This document shows, one piece after another, positions 23,582-36,353 of a stretch of 64,000 nt of DNA. Under the pieces are notes generated by a model. It saw nothing but the letters and a program-made list of their open reading frames with translations. It was not told where the DNA came from and ran no database searches. Every line of letters begins with the position of its first letter. Within the stretch, counting starts at the first letter, position 1. A program made the position numbers and the translations under genes. The stretch is from an uncultured Verrucomicrobiae bacterium. Its GTDB lineage: Bacteria; Verrucomicrobiota; Verrucomicrobiia; Limisphaerales; JAFGQR01. The stretch is from assembly GCA_963788655.1 (NCBI GenBank), contig CAWBHS010000049.1, positions 1 to 64,000 on the forward strand, given 5' to 3'.

Positions 23582-24604
23582 TCAGCCCGCCGCTTTGACC
23601 GGGGCGGCGGAAATCTCAAGCATCCTTTCGATGGGGGCTCGGGCGCGCTTGATGATGTCTTCGCTCAATTCAATCCGGGGGGCGAGGTTGGCCATGCAAT
23701 CGTGCAGTTTCTCGAGCGTATTCAACTTCATGAATTTGCACTCGTTGCAGCGGCAGTTGTCCGTGGGGGCGGGAATAAAGGTCTTGTCCGGACATTCCTT
23801 TTGCAGCCGGTGCAGCATGCCCGCTTCGGTGGCAATGATGATTTGTTTGGCCGTCGTTTGTTTGCAAAAGGCCACCATCTTTTCGGTGGAGCAGATTTCG
23901 TCGGCGAGCATCCGAACGGCCTTGGTGCATTCGGGATGAGCCACCACCGGTGCTTCGGGATATTCCTGGCGAATGCGGGTGATGCCGGCATGTGTGAATT
24001 CCACGTGCGCGTAACAATTGCCCCGCCACAAGGTCATCGGACGCCCGGTCTGTTCCATCACCCAGGCCCCCAGGTTTTCGTCAGGCACGAACAACAATTC
24101 CCGATCCGGCGGCGCGGCTTTGACGATCTTGACGGCATTGCCACTGGTGCAGATCACATCGCTGAGGGCTTTGACCTCGGCGCTGCAATTGATATAGGCG
24201 ATGGTGTAAGGGTTCGAGTGGCTGGCTTGAAAGGCCCGTAGGTTTTCGGCGGGACAGCTTTCCTCCAGCGAACAGCCCGCGTCCTTGTCCGGCAGAATAA
24301 CCACCTTGCCGGGATTGAGGATTTTGGCAGTTTCCGCCATGAAATGGACGCCGCAGAACACAATCACTTCCGCCGGTGTCTTGGCCGCCTGTTGGGAAAG
24401 CCCCAGCGAATCGCCGACGTAATCCGCCAAATCCTGGATTTCCGGCACCTGGTAATTGTGCGCGAGAATGACCGCGTTGAGTTTCTTTTTCAACGCCAGG
24501 ATGTCTCGCGACAACGCATCAACTTGCGCCGGTGGCAGCGGTTGACGCACGGTGAAATCGCCGACCGTATCACGTGGGGACTGCCCATCAATAAGTGTCG
24601 TCAT
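23582..24604 (-). CDS. nadA: Quinolinate synthase
   Basis: ILAHNYQ, GDSLGL, VFCGVHFMAE, GCSL, YINCSAEVKA, AHPEC, CNECKFMK. Confidence 0.95.
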   Translation of the reverse strand: MTTLIDGQSPRDTVGDFTVRQPLPPAQVDALSRDILALKKKLNAVILAHNYQVPEIQDLADYVGDSLGLSQQAAKTPAEVIVFCGVHFMAETAKILNPGKVVILPDKDAGCSLEESCPAENLRAFQASHSNPYTIAYINCSAEVKALSDVICTSGNAVKIVKAAPPDRELLFVPDENLGAWVMEQTGRPMTLWRGNCYAHVEFTHAGITRIRQEYPEAPVVAHPECTKAVRMLADEICSTEKMVAFCKQTTAKQIIIATEAGMLHRLQKECPDKTFIPAPTDNCRCNECKFMKLNTLEKLHDCMANLAPRIELSEDIIKRARAPIERMLEISAAPVKAAG

Positions 24605-24611
24605 GATGGAA

Positions 24612-24640
24612 AAGCTAGCGGTTGCCGCGGAACGCGTCAA
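24612..24640 (-). promoter_or_regulatory. Sigma70-type promoter of nadA, probably leaderless
   Basis: TTGACG-17 nt-TAGCTT, ending 7 nt before the ATG. Confidence 0.55.
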
Positions 24641-24849
24641 CGGGGTTGGCGGGCGTAGTCAGGGGCGCGGATAATGCCGAGAACCCAGGGTGAAATCCGA
24701 GGATCTGAAATCGAAAGCACAGTACGACCAGGCTGATGAGAGTGCGTAAACGGTGAAATCCTGCGAGACTACCAAAGGCGACGGCTTTCACGGCCGGCAC
24801 ATAATGCGGGACATCTTCCATCAGATTTCTGAGCTCGGACTTGCGGAGT

Positions 24850-25003
24850 GGGAAGCACGCCCGCCTGCGGGCGTTGCTGGGCGCGCCCCGCGGCCAGCGC
24901 GAAGGAAAAGCTGCGGGCAACGCCGCCATCGCGCCACTCCGGCCACACCTCGGCTGTTTTCCGCGAGGCGCGGAGAACGGTGCCCAACGCAGGCGCGCTC
25001 CCC
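24850..25003. repeat. Degenerate GGGAGC-type REP doublet
   Basis: gggaagcacgccc... and ...gttttccgcgaggcgcggagaac...gcgcgctcccc inverted arms. Confidence 0.45.
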
Positions 25004-25322
25004 GGACCAAATCGACCGGTTCGGTTCATTTTGAGCCGGCCTTTGAGCACTTTCTCGGTTTTGCCGGCTTTCAATTGCTGAGCTTCCTCCAGTTGGCACT
25101 TCCAGGGCTGTCGGTTATCTTGTCAGACAAAGGACGTAACATCACGACGCCAGCCCGGTCAAAAGATGATACGATGTGGACACTGCATAAAGCTAGGGTC
25201 GCTTTCGGTGCCTGGATGTTCATGACCATCTGCATCACCAGCGACGCGCAGGAAGAAAGCGCGAGATATGAACCGCATTGCACCGAACAGCCAGACATGT
25301 GAGTTTCGAGCCCTGCTGGATT

Positions 25323-25389
25323 TCCGAACGTCAGATTGGCTGCCGACGTTTCGAAGTTTCGACGGCGGTCGGCGACTTGGTTGTTCGGC
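25323..25389 (+). other. attC-like palindromic site
   Basis: TCCGAAC ... GTTCGGC ends with imperfect inner arms; ends 31 nt before an ATG. Confidence 0.35.
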
Positions 25390-25420
25390 ATTAGGTTGCT
25401 GGTAATCTTGCGTCGCAACC

Positions 25421-27414
25421 ATGAACCAGAGAACGATAAGACGGAAGTACGTGATCGCAGCACTCTTGCTAATTGCGGTGAGCGCCGTATGGCTCAGCTC
25501 TCCGCGCATGACCACATTCGAGAATCTTCCCCTGACCCCTGCCGGGTCCGACCAAGACGCTCAGGTGTTGGTGGCGAGAATGCTTCGGGTGAACCAGCCG
25601 TGGTTGCAGCCAGTGTCAGTGGACGCAACCGACCGCTTACGTCGAAACTACGACGAATCCTCCCTGCGCGAGGGGCATACGACCAAAAAGGAGAAGCTGG
25701 GGCCGTACTCGATTGGGCCCGGCTGCTCTCCGCCACAACGAGTAGGCTCATGGGTACAGACCCCCTTGCATGCCATGTTGACCAACTCGGGCTACGCGGT
25801 TCGCATGCTCGGCAAGACGAAGTGGCAGGGCAAGAGGCTCATCGCGGTGAACGTCGCTTTTGAGTTTCCGGTCCGATGCAAGGTCGGAATGGGCGGACAA
25901 TCCGGTACGACCTTTTCTTACTCTTCTTATCCGGTCAAGGACGCCAGGATTTGGATCGATCCCGACCGAGCTGTTCCGGTCTGCATTCGGACTTCCGCGG
26001 CGGAGAGCACCTACCGATTTACCGATGATTTTTATAAGTTTATGGGCGGTTTGGCTCCGCGAGCTTTCGAATGGACCAGCCCTGGCACATTCCGGGAGCG
26101 GCAAGAGTTTCAACTCACCAACGGCGTTTGGATCTTCCGCCGGGGGAACGCTGCCTGGCAAAGTCCGGACGCTGGTTCTACCGCGGGGTTCTTCCGGCGA
26201 CTGGTCGAACATGTCCTCAGCCGCCGCTATTTCAAACAGGAGCTTGAGTTGATAGATTTCCATCTGACCTTAAACCGCGGGGAGGTTGACTTGCTCAAGC
26301 GCTACCCCACCGAATTGACAGGAGGTGACGCCTCAGCGGATCGGGCGCGTCCGTGGCAATTCACGGAGGGCGACGTTTTTCGCGTCTCGCGATTCGACTT
26401 TGAGGTGGGCAGCGAACTGCGGATCGAAACCGGACCGGTGGATCTTGGCATCGGGCATTGCGTGGATGGCGCCGTTTGGGCCGTGCTCATTCCGGGGGAT
26501 CAGGGAACGTTGATTCGTCGAGGCTCCCCGCAAGAGGCCATCGCCCACGTTTGGCTGCGATTTCACCCGCAGGCGATCAACCGCCTCTTTCCATCGCAAA
26601 CCGTGTTTCCCGAAGGACAGACCAACCTGGTGTCGCAGATTCGCCGGATTGCCGGCGCCAAGTTCACGTCGAGTTGGCACGCCGGGTCCAGAGCGACGAT
26701 CCCGGGACGAAAAGACGTAACGGTGGACGTGGACACGAAAGACGGGCCGCGCCGTTTTTTCAGCGTGGAGGTGGGGGCGCAAACGGCGAATTACGTGGGT
26801 GTCTTCGAAAATCGCCCGGTGAAGAAACTGTCGCCGTTAACCGCCGCGGCTGTGGCGCGCGGCATTCGATCAACTATGGGAAGCCTTCGACCGCGACTAC
26901 GCCATGTTTGTGTTGCGTCCAGAAGTGGACTGGGACAAGGTGCGTGAGGCATATCGTCCGAAGGCATTGGCCAGCAAATCCACTGATGAGCTTGCGGCCG
27001 TATGCGCTGACATGTTGCGGCAACTCCGAGACTTGCACGTCTGGCTGAGCGTGGCAGGCGCTTCGGTGCCAGTGTTCAATCGTCCCCGATCAGCCAATGC
27101 CAACCCCACCGCTTTCGATAGCATTCTGGGCAGACCTTCACCAGACCGGTCGCAGCGTTCAGTGGGCCATCACGACCAACGCGATTGGCTTCCTCGCGAT
27201 CGATGGCTGGAGCGATCCAGAGGTTCCGGCGCAATGCGACCAAAGACTGGAGCGGATGCGCAACACGCGCGGATTGATCGTTGACGTGCGGCTGAACGGC
27301 GGCGGCGGTGAGCCCTTGGCCGAAAAGGTCGCTGGGCGTTTCTTGGAAAAGGAATTCGTGTATGCATACAGCCAGTTTCGCAATGGCCCCAGCCAGACCA
27401 ACCTGACCGAATAA
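25421..27414 (+). CDS. Membrane-anchored protein with a C-terminal S41 peptidase region; frameshifted and 3'-truncated
   Basis: N-terminal TM; FDRDYAMF...VDWDKVREAYRP...LRDLH and GLIVDVRLNGGG; stops before the catalytic Ser motif. Confidence 0.6.
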
Positions 27415-27421
27415 TTCTCAA

Positions 27422-27575
27422 TGGAAGATCGAGGAGCTCTTGGTGGTCTTGCCTGAAGCGGACCTCCGAGAAGATTGAGGTGGCGTGGCAGTTGCGCCAG
27501 CAGACGCCGATGGATACGGCAATGGATCGCGCACCGCCTGCGCCTCGGTAGTGCCAGATGCGATCTCGCACTTGG
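27422..27575 (+). pseudogene. C-terminal remnant of a Y1/RAYT-like transposase (HTH tail)
   Basis: Frameshifted translation W..EEL...KIEVAWQLRQQTPM..QWIAHRLRLGSA..ISHL, recognised from memory of PVC transposase tails. Confidence 0.45.
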
Positions 27576-28117
27576 CGGCCATAGGACAGGAGAATGCCCA
27601 TTTAGCAGACACCTTGATCTTGAGAACCGCCCCCTCTAAAGGAACTCTCGTGCCTCATCTGACTGACGATGACAGTGCGGTAGAGATAACTTGGTCACAA
27701 TCTCCGCCACTCTGCGAACCATAAAGCTCTTGTGAGCGAGAAAACCTTCAATGAACTCAAGCTGCTGAAGATAAATTCGAACCAACCAACCCCCGCCGCG
27801 CGGATGATGGGTTTCGCCGCGGGTGGAGAATTGTAATACTGACCCTGGGTGAGTTCTGGATTGGGCTGCGTGTCTGGTCTGATCGGCGCCAGAGCGAACC
27901 AGTGGCCATTTCTCTGCGCCAAAATGGCTTTTCCAGATGCACAAGCAGTTTGATGACTTATAATATACGGATGGAAACCAGAAAACCAGGGTGTCCGTCC
28001 GTTATTGGTATGGTGAACGTCAATAGAGACACGTTCCTTAATATGCTTATAGGGCCACGATTACATGCTGACTTGGCGTCGCAAAGGAAAGGCAAGTGCC
28101 GTTGAGCGTGCCACAGT

Positions 28118-28902
28118 TTAATACCGGCTACCCTGTCCATGAGGTCCAATCTGGTCAAATCCAATGCGATAGCTGGCGCGCGGATACATAATCGCGATCA
28201 CCGGCTTTGAGCTCGGATTCTCGTCCACCTCGGCAATCCACATTAGCGGGCTGATATGTTCGATAATATTTGTCCGGTCGCTCGGCCGGTAGGGCAGGTT
28301 TGGCGGATAGGCTCCCATCAAGCAATCACGCACGGGCCTGTTTGTGGCCGCGAAATCTCGGCTGGAAACCAGCGTTTCGTCATAGGACGTGTGACCACGG
28401 TCGCTTCCAGCGATCACGCGTGTATTGCTGGCACGAACCTTCTCAGGGTGTCGCTCAGTCGCGTGTCGCGGCCCCCTTTGAATTGGAGGCTAATTCTTTT
28501 TGCGAGCATGTCCCCCAGGGGCGGGCGAGTCGATTCGCGGTCCACCAGGTGGACGACGTTTGACGACTCGGAAGGGGCAACGAAAAGGTATTGAACTGCA
28601 TTGGTAATGAGGTGTACCGCCTGCGCGGCAGAGAGAATCTTACCCTTCAGGGCTGGTACGGTTACCGGATGCTGGAGTATGGCCAATGGGCGCAGATTCA
28701 ATTCATCCTTGCCGGGGCCGATGAATTGGAGCGTGAAAAACACTCCGTGCTGGTAGTGACACAGACGTATCATGTCTTCCACGGTGGTTTCGGTTCCGGC
28801 AATGGCGGAGTTTTTTGCGGCACCGGGTTGCTCCGTTTGTGTTTGCGAAGAGACGGCTATCGAAACCGTGAAAAGCAAAATGGATCGGCAAAGCCAGTTC
28901 AT
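28118..28902 (-). CDS. Hypothetical exported protein (probable frameshift near 28415), lower GC
   Basis: Signal-peptide-like start MNWLCRSILLFTVSIAVSS; overlapping ORFs of 162 and 99 aa. Confidence 0.4.
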
Positions 28903-29109
28903 ACGACGTTATTGGACTTCAAGCCAACCGACGTCAAGACTCTCGTTCAGCGGCAAGTTTTGTTTGGTGCGGGTGAAGCAGCGGCGACAAGCCTGCTGCC
29001 ATTTGCAAATCGAAGTAAGTTCCATTCCGAGGCGATAAACATCGGCTACTCCCGGTCCTTGCAAACGGGTCACAAACGGATCATCCAGTTCTTGATATTG
29101 ACATCTTTC

Positions 29110-29309
29110 GCCCTTCCGCCCAACGCCTTCTCCTCATCATTCGTCCTTCCCTCCGGGAGATTTGCTCCATGGCAGAATAGATCCAGCATTGTGTCCTGGC
29201 TTATCGCTCCGCTCTGCCAGGCTTTGACCGCGGCGGCCAGTTCGGTAGCGCTCATGCCCTTGGTGCCGAAGTTGGAGTTCAGTTCCGCCACCACCTGGTC
29301 GTTGGTCAC
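29110..29309 (-). pseudogene. C-terminal remnant of a phage portal-like (DUF4055) protein
   Basis: VAELNSNFGTKGMSATELAAAVKAWQSGAISQDTMLDLF...LPEGRTNDEE; no upstream portion present. Confidence 0.6.
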
Positions 29310-29422
29310 GTCATCCTACAATTGCTCGGTCGCATTCCACCGGTAGGCGCACAGCTACGAAAACACCGACCGGACCTCTTCCGGTCAACCCGCTGGCCGC
29401 TCGGCACGCAACCTCCGGCCGC

Positions 29423-31016
<1,594 letters not shown>

Positions 31017-31167
31017 AATCAAATGTCCAAATAAAAAGTGTTGTCGTTGATCTTTAGATCAAGCTGGCGGGCTGGATAACGAGCATCCGTCGCTTGGTTG
31101 GCAGTCGTCAGGTCAGATGCGACAGCACCCGACGAACTGTGATTGGTAAATCGCTGATCCCTTTGAA

Positions 31168-33345
31168 TCAATAAGGCAAAGGATATCTTGCTGTCAATTC
31201 CCGGACACGTTGCCGCACCTGCGCGGGCGGCGTCAAGATTCTTTAATGTCCAGCAAAACCTCGCTGATCATGTCCGCAATCGCCGCCATTTCCGGCTCTT
31301 TCATGCCGCGCGTCGTCACGGCCGGTGTGCCCAGCCGGATGCCGCTGGCCTGGAAGGGCGAGCGCGTTTCAAACGGAATCGTGTTCTTGTTCACCGTGAT
31401 GCCGGCTTCGTCGAGCGCCAGTTGGCAGTCCTTGCCGGTCACGCCGCGGGCGCCCACGTCCACGAGCATCAGGTGGTTGTCCGTGCCGCCGCTGACCAGC
31501 CGGAAACCGTTTCGTTTCATGCCTTCGGCCAGGGCCAGGGCGTTCTTCACGATTTGCTGCTGGTAGTTCTTGAAACTCCGGCTGCAGCGCTTCCTGAAGA
31601 CAAACCGCCTTGGCCGCGATCACATGCATCAATGGGCCGCCTTGAATGCCGGGGAAGGTCTGCGAATCAATTTCCTTCGCGTATTTTTCCGGGCAAAGGA
31701 TCAATCCGCCGCGCGGGCCGCGCAAGGTTTTGTGCGTCGTGGTCGTGACAAAATCCGCGTGCGGCACCGGGCTGGGATGCAATCCGGCCGCAACCAGGCC
31801 GGCGATGTGCGCAATGTCCGCCAGCAGGTACGCGCCCACTTCGCGCGCGATCTCGCCCATGCGCTTGAAAGTCAATGATGCGCGGATAGGCGCTGGCGCC
31901 CACGGTGATCATTTTCGGCCGGTGCTCGCGCGCCATGTTGGCCAGTTGATCGTAGTCAATCCGCTCGTCGTCCTTGCGCACGCCGTAATGGACGATTTCA
32001 AAAAACTTGCCCGGAGAAATTGACCTTGTTGCCGTGGGTCAAATGGCCGCCGTGGCTCAGGTCCATGGTCAGCATCTTGTCGCCCGGTTTCAGAAAGGCG
32101 AAATAAACCGCCATGTTGCGCCTGGCTGCCGGAATGCGGCTGGACGTTGGCGTGTTCGGCGCCGAACAGTTGCTTGGCCCGGTCGATGGCCAGTTGCTCC
32201 GCCACATCCACGTTTTCACAGCCGCCATACCAGCGTTTCCCGGGATAGCCCTCGGCGTATTTGTTGGTGAGCACCGAGCCTTGCGCTTCCATGACGGCGG
32301 GACTGGTGAAGTTTTCGCTGGCGATCAGCTCGATGTTTTCCTGCTGCCGCACGCGTTCCCGCTCGATCACCGCGGCAATTTCCGGATCGACGGCATTCAA
32401 ATCGAGGTCCATCAACGGCTGGCTGGGTTCAAGCTTGTTGACGCGGCGTTCGTGGCGGCCGCCTTCGAATTTGGAATTGAGGAACGCTTCGAGAATGCGT
32501 TGCGCCAGCTTCGGTTCGGTGCCTTTGCCGGCCAGACACAGGATGTTGGCGTTGTTGTGTCGGCGCGCGGTTTGGGCCATTTGCTCGTCCCACACCAGCG
32601 CGGCGCGGGCGCCCGGAACCTTGTTGGCGGCGATGCTGACGCCGATGCCGGTCGTACATACGAGCACGCCCAGTTCGAATTGGCGTTCGGCCACGCTGCG
32701 GGCCAGCGCTTGGGCCGTATCCGGGTAGTCGGTGGATTCGGTGTCGTGCGCGCCGAAATCGACGACGTCAACGTCATGTTCGCTCAGGAAGGCCTTGAGG
32801 TGTTCTTTCAGTTCGTAGCCGCCGTGATCGGAGCCAAAGGCAAGGATGAGTTTATGGGTTGGCGAAGATTCCATGGGGAGGGAGCTGGAGGTTTGTTCCA
32901 GAAATTTCACAACGGACGTGATGCCTTGTTCGATCTGGTTGCGGCATTGCACATAGATGTCATACGACCCGCCGATGGGATCGCCGATGTCTTTTTCATA
33001 ACTCGGTAATTCTTCATTGAATTCCCGCAGCAAAAATGTCTTTTCCGCCGCCTGCGGATAGAGCAGGGCGATGGATTCCAAGTGGCTCTGCGTCATGCCA
33101 AAGATGTAGTCCACCTGGCGCACCAGCTCGGCGGACAATTGGCGGCTGCGAATCGCGGAAATATCCACGCCCACCTGCTGGCAGGCGCGGATCGCAAATT
33201 CACTCGGCGGCAATCCCGAGGAAGCCCCGACGCCCGCCGACAAGGCCCGGAAATCCCCCCGACCCTGGAGGGCGTGCCGGAAGAGGCCCTCGGCCATGGG
33301 GCTGCGACAAATGTTGCCGGTGCAAACAAATAAAACCGTCTTCAT
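31168..33345 (-). CDS. glyA: Fusion of LMW phosphatase, ribose-5-phosphate isomerase B and serine hydroxymethyltransferase (frameshifts only in the GlyA part)
   Basis: One frame carries [13 protein letters not shown]...DPIGG, then GSDHGG...CTTGIG..AANK...[10 protein letters not shown], then LIASENF...NKYAEGYP. Later pieces give [13 protein letters not shown] and SGGTDNHL. Confidence 0.92.
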
Positions 33346-33399
33346 TCCAAACCAAGCGGGTTCACTTTGGGCGCCAGGTAAAAATCGTCAACCGTGAAA

Positions 33400-34503
33400 T
33401 CACCTGGCTGGTTTGACGTGGATGACCGCCAACCCCTTGAGCAGGTCGAGCGCGCGGGCTAGAACCGGATCCTGCAACACCGGGGGTTCGGGTTCTTCAT
33501 CGGCGGGCTCGACCGGACTGAGCGTCGGCCTTTCGCTGTCAATATCCAAGCCTTCGCGATGGCGCCGCACCAATTCGGCTTCATTGAGCCGTCGAGTTGT
33601 GGTGTTGGTGCCGGTTTCCGCGTCCGGATTGGCTACCGCGTTTTCCGTGGTGGCCAGCGTACCGGGGCGCGGGATGACTTGATAGGCGTTTTCCAAATAG
33701 GTTTCTTCGTCTTCGAGGCTAACCGGCACTTCGATGTCCGGTTTCAAGCCGGTGGCGGGCAAGTCCTTGCCGTTGCCCAGTTTGATGGGCGCGGTGGCAA
33801 TCCGCAGGCGTTGGCCGTCCTTGAGTTTGAATTCTTTGAATTCGCTGGCCTGCCCGGCGGTGGGCGAACCCAGCACCAGCGCAATCCCGCCTTCGCGCAG
33901 AATTCCCGCCAACGCTTCGGCGGCCCCGGCGGTTTTGGCATTCACCAGCACGGTTACGGGCAGCCGCCAGGCGTCCTTGTTGGCCGCGGATTTCTTCATG
34001 CCCTCTCCCCAGTTGATCAGGGGTCGTTCCGTGGCGAAGAACAGGTCCGCCACCGCGGCGGTGCTCTCATAGCTGGTGCCGTCGGCGAACCGCAAATCAA
34101 TGATCAAGCCCGCCAGCGATTTCTTGGCATTAAGCTTGTCGTAGGCCTGGCGCAATTCTTTCGCCGCGCCGGGAGCGACTTCGTCAAAACGGAAATAACC
34201 GTAAGCGTTGTCCATTACTTCCGTCTTTATCACGGAGGGTGCATTGGTTTCCTCTGTCGCGGTTTGGGCTGGCGGCAGGAGCGTGACCTTCGGATAGAGC
34301 TGGTCCAGCAAGCCATTCACCGCCGCCTGATTCAAATCCGCCGCGTTGGTTCCGGTCAGGTTATCGCGCAGCAGACCATAGATTTCCTGGAAATCCGGGG
34401 TCGCGTCGCTGGGGGTCGCCCCGAGGCCCGGGAGCAGGCCGGTCAGGAGGGTGAATGCCCATACGAAACGCTTGATGTTATTCGTGATCGAATTGTAGCT
34501 CAT
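33400..34503 (-). CDS. S41 (C-terminal processing peptidase)-like protein, catalytic motif altered
   Basis: GLIIDLRF, VLVNAKTAGAAEALAG, LGSPTAGQA, GLKPDIEV, DPVLARALDLL. Confidence 0.75.
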   Translation of the reverse strand: MSYNSITNNIKRFVWAFTLLTGLLPGLGATPSDATPDFQEIYGLLRDNLTGTNAADLNQAAVNGLLDQLYPKVTLLPPAQTATEETNAPSVIKTEVMDNAYGYFRFDEVAPGAAKELRQAYDKLNAKKSLAGLIIDLRFADGTSYESTAAVADLFFATERPLINWGEGMKKSAANKDAWRLPVTVLVNAKTAGAAEALAGILREGGIALVLGSPTAGQASEFKEFKLKDGQRLRIATAPIKLGNGKDLPATGLKPDIEVPVSLEDEETYLENAYQVIPRPGTLATTENAVANPDAETGTNTTTRRLNEAELVRRHREGLDIDSERPTLSPVEPADEEPEPPVLQDPVLARALDLLKGLAVIHVKPAR

Positions 34504-34620
34504 TTTGTTATCGTCGTTCCGGGGAACTTGCTGCCAGACGTGACAGCCCGTAGCCGGGAAGGCACCGTTTCCCGACCGCATCACTGTGTCATTCATTGCA
34601 CCCGCTTTTCACTCGCTTAC

Positions 34621-35910
34621 TCACAGTGCCTTGGCCGCAATATCTCGCCGATGCTGCGCGCCGTCGAACTTTATTTTCTCGACCGCCGCGTAAGCCTTGG
34701 CGCGGGCCTGCGCCAAATCGGCGGCCCAGGCGGTGACCCCCAATACGCGCCCTCCGCTGGTAACCACCTGGTCTTCGGATCGCGTCGTGCCGGCGTGAAA
34801 CACCTTGGTGTCGGGCAGCGCGGCCACCTCAGTTAATCCGGTAATGACTTTGCCTTTGGCGTAAGCTCCGGGATAGCCGCCCGAGGCCATCACCACACAT
34901 ACCGCGGGCGTTGATCGCCACTGGAGTTCGATCTGGTCCAGGGTGCCGTTGACACACGCATCGAACACTTCGACCAGATCATTTTCCAACCGCGGCAGGT
35001 ACACCTGGGTTTCCGGGTCGCCAAAGCGGGCATTGAATTCGAGGACCTTCGGACCGTCCCCGGTCAACATCAATCCGGGATAAATGACCCCGCGAAAATC
35101 AATTCCTTCCTCGGCGCAACCCCGCAGCCAGGGATCGATGATTTTCTGGCGCGCGGCCATCAGCTCCGCCTCGTTCAAAAAGGGCGCGGGCGAATAGGTG
35201 CCCATGCCGCCGGTATTGGGACCGCGGTCGCCATCCAAGGCCGGTTTGTGATCCTGGGACGTGGGGAACAGCCGCGCTGTTTTTCCGTCACACAGGGCAT
35301 GGAGCGAAACCTCCAATCCTTGCAGCAATTCCTGGATGACCACTGTGGCACCCGCCGTCCCAAACGCCCGTTTGACCAATATTTGCTCCAAGGCCTGGTC
35401 GGCTTGGGCCATGTCCTGGCAGATGATTACCCCCTTGCCCAGCGCCAAGCCATCCGCTTTCACGGCGCAACGTCCGCCCAGCGATGATGCAAATCGGGAG
35501 GCGTCGGCAAAATCGGTGAACGTTCCGGCCCGGGCAGTGGGAATGCCGTATTTCTGCATGAAGTTTTGCGCAAACGCCTTCGAGGCTTCGAACTGTGCCG
35601 CCCGTTGATTGGGGCCAAACGCGCGCAATCCTTGCTGCTGGAACAAATCCACAATCCCCATGGCCAGCGGATTGTCCGGTCCGACGACGGTGAGGTCCGG
35701 CTTCTTTTCCTGGGCGAACGCCAGCAACTTCGGCAAATCTTCGGCGCCAATCGGGACGCATTCCACCGCGGCTTGATTCTTCACCAGGCGTTCGTCGGCC
35801 ATGCCGGCATTGCCCGGTGCGCACCATACTTGGGTGAGGTGCGGTGACTGGGCCAATTTCCATACCAGCGCGTGCTCGCGTCCGCCTGAACCGATGACCA
35901 GGAGTTTCAT
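34621..35910 (-). CDS. purD: Phosphoribosylamine-glycine ligase
   Basis: MKLLVIGSGGREHAL, KADGLALGKGV, GPNTGGMG, EFNARFGDPETQ, GGRVLGV. Confidence 0.97.
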   Translation of the reverse strand: MKLLVIGSGGREHALVWKLAQSPHLTQVWCAPGNAGMADERLVKNQAAVECVPIGAEDLPKLLAFAQEKKPDLTVVGPDNPLAMGIVDLFQQQGLRAFGPNQRAAQFEASKAFAQNFMQKYGIPTARAGTFTDFADASRFASSLGGRCAVKADGLALGKGVIICQDMAQADQALEQILVKRAFGTAGATVVIQELLQGLEVSLHALCDGKTARLFPTSQDHKPALDGDRGPNTGGMGTYSPAPFLNEAELMAARQKIIDPWLRGCAEEGIDFRGVIYPGLMLTGDGPKVLEFNARFGDPETQVYLPRLENDLVEVFDACVNGTLDQIELQWRSTPAVCVVMASGGYPGAYAKGKVITGLTEVAALPDTKVFHAGTTRSEDQVVTSGGRVLGVTAWAADLAQARAKAYAAVEKIKFDGAQHRRDIAAKAL

Positions 35911-36027
35911 GAGAGGGCAGATTGAAACAGGAATACCAGAAATCAGGAACAGAAATTTTTTTGCCCAGCGTGCTGCCGGCATCTGTGGGGACTAATGTTT
36001 CAGAATAGGGTATTATATTTCGCGCCG

Positions 36028-36238
36028 GCGTCTGGAGTGCGTCCGGCTTGCCGGCGCTTTCGGCTGAGTAACAGCGACCAAATTGTCGGACGTGCGGCCT
36101 TGAACTCTGCGCGTCCTGTTGCCATCGAAAGCGGGAGCAAGCTCCCCGCACTCCAGACGCTCCGCGTCGGTTCGGTAGCCAACGATTTTCGACATCTGGT
36201 ATCTTGCATCCGGTATCCGGCATCAAGGATCAGGCATC
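36028..36238. repeat. GGAGTGCG-type REP doublet (36028-36160) plus a 7-bp tandem array (36193-36238)
   Basis: gcgtctggagtgcgtccggcttgccggcgctttcg / cgaaagcgggagcaagctccccgcactccagacgc; then catctgg tatcttg catccgg tatccgg catcaag gatcagg. Confidence 0.75.
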
Positions 36239-36353
36239 ATTTAAGCAACCGAGCGCATCCGGTTATTCGGTTCTGCCGGCAGGATGCCGGCAGCATGTTG
36301 CTCGCAATTATGGTTGTCAGCAGTCAATCCGCAGGAAACAATCTGCCCACCAC

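Noticed and set aside
24728..24765. Hammerhead ribozyme (CTGATGA...GAAA), or TPP/SAM/FMN riboswitch
   Set aside because: Stems I and II do not pair, the riboswitch consensus elements are incomplete, and the segment is on the strand opposite nadA.
29110..29309. Intact prophage
   Set aside because: Only a short portal-like fragment is present, with no terminase, capsid or integrase nearby.
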